From the NCBI GenBank assembly GCA_964354405.1, contig CAYGZP010000001.1:336134-360133 (forward strand): 24,000 nt of DNA, written 5' to 3'. This document shows positions 21,627-24,000 of this stretch, piece after piece (the stretch's first letter is position 1; the number at the start of each line of letters is the position of its first letter). A program made the position numbers and the translations under genes. Source of the DNA: Candidatus Woesearchaeota archaeon. GTDB lineage: Archaea > Nanobdellota > Nanobdellia > Pacearchaeales > UBA284. The notes under the pieces are model-generated. The model was not told the origin of the DNA. It made no database searches and saw only the letters and a program-made list of their open reading frames with translations.

Positions 21627-22355
21627 ATGAAAATCCCGACAGGCTCAGGCGAGCTCGACAGATGGCTTCAGGGGGGCTATGAAACCGATATTATAACAAC
21701 TTTCTACGGCCCTGCAGGCAGCGGCAAGAGCAATTTGTGTGTCATGGCTTCAAGTCAGCAAGCCTCGCGAGGGAAGAAAGTCATTTTTATTGACACAGAA
21801 GGCGGATTTAGCATAACAAGATTAAAACAAATCGCTCCCGAAACAGCAACCAAGAATATTATCTTGTTCAAAGCCACGCGATTCTACGAACAATGCAAAG
21901 CCTTTGACAAGCTACTTGATTTAATTTCAGGAAATCAGAACATTGGTTTGATTGTTGTTGATAGCATGACAATGTTATATCGCCTCGAGTTAGGGGAAGC
22001 AAGTCAAGAAAAAGATAGGGAGAGAATTAACATTATCAACAGAGCTTTGCTAAAACAATTGCGAATCTTGACAGAGATTGCCCGCAAGAAGCATATCCCT
22101 ATACTCGTGACAAACCAGGTGTACAGCGAGTTTCTTTCGCGGGAAGATTTTGAAGCAGGCAAGGAGAGAAAAGTTGTGATGGTTGCCGGCGATATCTTGA
22201 GATACTGGAGCAAATGTATTATCGAGCTGCAGAACATGGGGCAGGGCAAGAAGCGCGCGATTCTAAGAAAACACCGCTCGCTTCCAGAGAAAGATTTCAT
22301 ATTTTTTATAACAAATAAAGGAATCGAGCGCGAGAGAAAGTTCAAACTGTTTTGA
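21627..22355 (+). CDS. radB: RadB-type RecA-family recombinase paralogue
   Basis: IPTGSGELDRWLQGGYETDIITTFYGPAGSGKS (Walker A), IFIDTEGGFS and Walker B LIVVDSM are present. At 242 aa it lacks the RadA N-terminal HhH domain. Confidence 0.8.
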   Translation: MKIPTGSGELDRWLQGGYETDIITTFYGPAGSGKSNLCVMASSQQASRGKKVIFIDTEGGFSITRLKQIAPETATKNIILFKATRFYEQCKAFDKLLDLISGNQNIGLIVVDSMTMLYRLELGEASQEKDRERINIINRALLKQLRILTEIARKKHIPILVTNQVYSEFLSREDFEAGKERKVVMVAGDILRYWSKCIIELQNMGQGKKRAILRKHRSLPEKDFIFFITNKGIERERKFKLF

Positions 22356-22386
22356 TTTTTGATTGTTATTCTTGATTAAATAAATG

Positions 22387-22394
22387 TTTATAAA
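22387..22394 (+). promoter_or_regulatory. TATA box (TTTATAAA) for the 22416 gene
   Basis: The box centre is 26 nt upstream of ATG 22416. An in-frame TGA at 22410-22412 excludes a longer N-terminus. Confidence 0.45.
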
Positions 22395-22415
22395 GTTTAA
22401 AGGTTTTGTTGAAAT

Positions 22416-23219
22416 ATGGGATTAGAATTAGTTTTAGCATTGAGTTTGTTCACAGCATCTCCAGGAGATGTTAAGACAACTCCCAACCCAAACAGTCTTG
22501 TTTATGTGATGAATGTAAACAATCAGGCAACAGAGATAGACACTGGATTTTTGACAGTTATCTCGCAGCATGGGCCGCCAAAAACTTCTAGAGTTTATCC
22601 TACAAACAATGGGCTTGTGGTTCATGCAGTCGAGGCTCCATTATATCCCGATGACACTCTTAGCCTTAAGGTCATAGGCCCTAATGGAGTTACATGGCAC
22701 AAGGCATTGGCAGAGAGCTTGTCAAATCAGTATAAAGATTTGCAGCTTTTCATGAACGGCTTTGGATTGAATGTGTTAAACATAAGAGATATCTCAGGAA
22801 TTTCTGGACAAGTTTATGGAGTTGTTAAATTTAACAGCAACCCTAACGAATCTCTTGTAGTTGCAGCAGATACAGCAGGAACAAAATTCACTGATTTTGC
22901 AGCTAATGCCAAATTGCTTACTGGCTATGCGCTCGGAGCACAAGGGAAAATAACTTTTGTGAAAGCAGGGGTCAACGGCTACACAACTGTTCCATTTACA
23001 ATCTCAGAAGCAAAGGGTATGGGGATATATGCTGCCTTGGATGTCACATTTCCACAAAATACAGGAATCGAACTTGAAAGAACCGCCCTTAAGAGAAATC
23101 TGCCTTATGAAAACGCGATTTATGACATTATGGGCAGAAAGGTTTCTTCAATGAAAAGCCCGGGCATCTATTTCGAGAGAAAAGGTAACGAAGTGAAAAA
23201 GGTTTTGATAGTTAGATAA
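22416..23219 (+). CDS. Putative secreted protein with a C-terminal T9SS-sorting/FlgD-Ig-like beta-sandwich tail
   Basis: The N-terminus is hydrophobic (MGLELVLALSLFTASPG). The C-terminus, AIYDIMGRKVSSMKSPGIYFERKGNEVKKVLIVR, resembles the ..iyD..Gr.V......G.Yf......  ..kK.v.. pattern of type A sorting domains as I recall them. Confidence 0.55.
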   Translation: MGLELVLALSLFTASPGDVKTTPNPNSLVYVMNVNNQATEIDTGFLTVISQHGPPKTSRVYPTNNGLVVHAVEAPLYPDDTLSLKVIGPNGVTWHKALAESLSNQYKDLQLFMNGFGLNVLNIRDISGISGQVYGVVKFNSNPNESLVVAADTAGTKFTDFAANAKLLTGYALGAQGKITFVKAGVNGYTTVPFTISEAKGMGIYAALDVTFPQNTGIELERTALKRNLPYENAIYDIMGRKVSSMKSPGIYFERKGNEVKKVLIVR

Positions 23220-23232
23220 GAATCAAACAAAG

Positions 23233-24000
23233 TTAGATAGCAACTTGTGATTTCTTTTTACTCTTTTCTTTAGCTTTTGCTTTCCTTTCTTTGGCTTTTT
23301 TTGCCTTTGCTTTTTCTTTGGCCTTTTCTTTCATTTCTTTCTCTTTATCTAGTGCCTTCAATGCTCTCGCTTCTTTTCTTTCTGCGATTGCTTTTCTTGT
23401 CGGGCATTCAGGATTCAAGCAGAATAGCCATGGCGGCCTTGCTTTCTTTATTAACAACAACATTGGCCATCCGCATTCGCACTTCTTATCGCTAAGTTTG
23501 ATCAAGCCGAACTGAGGCAATCCAAAAGTCGTTTTGCAGTTAGGATATTTGTTGCATGCTGCGAATCTTTTTCCTCTTCGACTTCTCAAGATAACTAAAT
23601 CACCTTCATGACACACCGGACATTTGAATAATGTATTAGTTATTCTTTCCTGCTCTTGTGCTTCATTGTGCGCTTTCAATAATTCTTTTCCAATCTCTTT
23701 TTCATGCTTTTTGAAAACCTCCGCAATTTTCAAAAGGAGTTTTTTTGCTTCTTCTAGGATTTTGTGTTCTTCTTTCAACATCTTTTCCTTGGATTTCTCC
23801 TCAACAAGCTTGTCCATCTCTTCCTCAAAATTTCTTGTCAGCTTTTCATCAAGTATGAGAGGACAATTTTTTTCAAGAGCTTCTGCAACACTCATCCCTA
23901 TCTTTGTCGCTTCAATCGCTCTTGCTGTGATATACCCTCTTTTATAGAGAGTATCAACAATGTTTGCTCGAGTTGCTTTAGTCCCAAGCTCGCGCTTCTC
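23233..24000 (-). CDS. topA: DNA topoisomerase I (type IA), C-terminal part; continues beyond the window end
   Basis: The frame stays open upstream of the track Met to base 24000 (EKRELGTKATRANIVDTLYKRGYITARAIEATKIG...), which matches the conserved GIGTPATRA..I..L..R.Y region. It is followed by two zinc ribbons (CPVCHEGD...CNKYPNC and CECG...CLNPECP) and a Lys/Ala/Glu-rich tail. Confidence 0.85.
   Translation of the reverse strand, partial: EKRELGTKATRANIVDTLYKRGYITARAIEATKIGMSVAEALEKNCPLILDEKLTRNFEEEMDKLVEEKSKEKMLKEEHKILEEAKKLLLKIAEVFKKHEKEIGKELLKAHNEAQEQERITNTLFKCPVCHEGDLVILRSRRGKRFAACNKYPNCKTTFGLPQFGLIKLSDKKCECGWPMLLLIKKARPPWLFCLNPECPTRKAIAERKEARALKALDKEKEMKEKAKEKAKAKKAKERKAKAKEKSKKKSQVAI

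Noticed and set aside
1-24000. Search for CRISPR arrays, transposases or integrases, rRNA genes, toxin-antitoxin pairs, reverse transcriptase or DGR repeats
   Set aside because: No direct-repeat/spacer periodicity, no DDE/tyrosine/serine recombinase motifs, no rRNA-like conserved blocks and no RT motifs were seen in any frame.

Overview
Low-GC, very gene-dense archaeal window, most consistent with a small-genome DPANN-type archaeon. Supporting features are RFC small and large subunits, RadB, Elp3, a type IA topoisomerase, tRNAs with bulge-helix-bulge introns, class III signal-peptide pilin-like genes, and TATA boxes centred about 26 nt upstream of many ATGs. I call about 30 CDS and 3 tRNAs: Leu-UAA with a 42-nt intron, Ile-UAU with a 39-nt intron, and Glu-UUC. 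I also call one GC-rich ~270-nt structured RNA that I interpret as SRP (7S) RNA. It is missing from the ORF track and is overlapped there by a false N-terminal extension. Housekeeping genes (alaS, serS, elp3, rfcS/rfcL, radB, topA, a YchF-like GTPase, NUDIX, AMMECR1) are interleaved with cell-surface or accessory genes. The accessory genes are five tandem pilin-like ORFs, a Cys-rich anchored surface protein, a membrane-anchored M23 peptidase, a secreted protein with a T9SS-CTD-like tail, and a GAF + HD-GYP protein. There is also a two-gene unit whose second product looks like the N-terminal domain of a FlaI/PilB-type secretion ATPase with no ATPase domain. No CRISPR array, rRNA, transposase or integrase was seen. 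All family assignments come from motif recognition by eye, and no database search was run.
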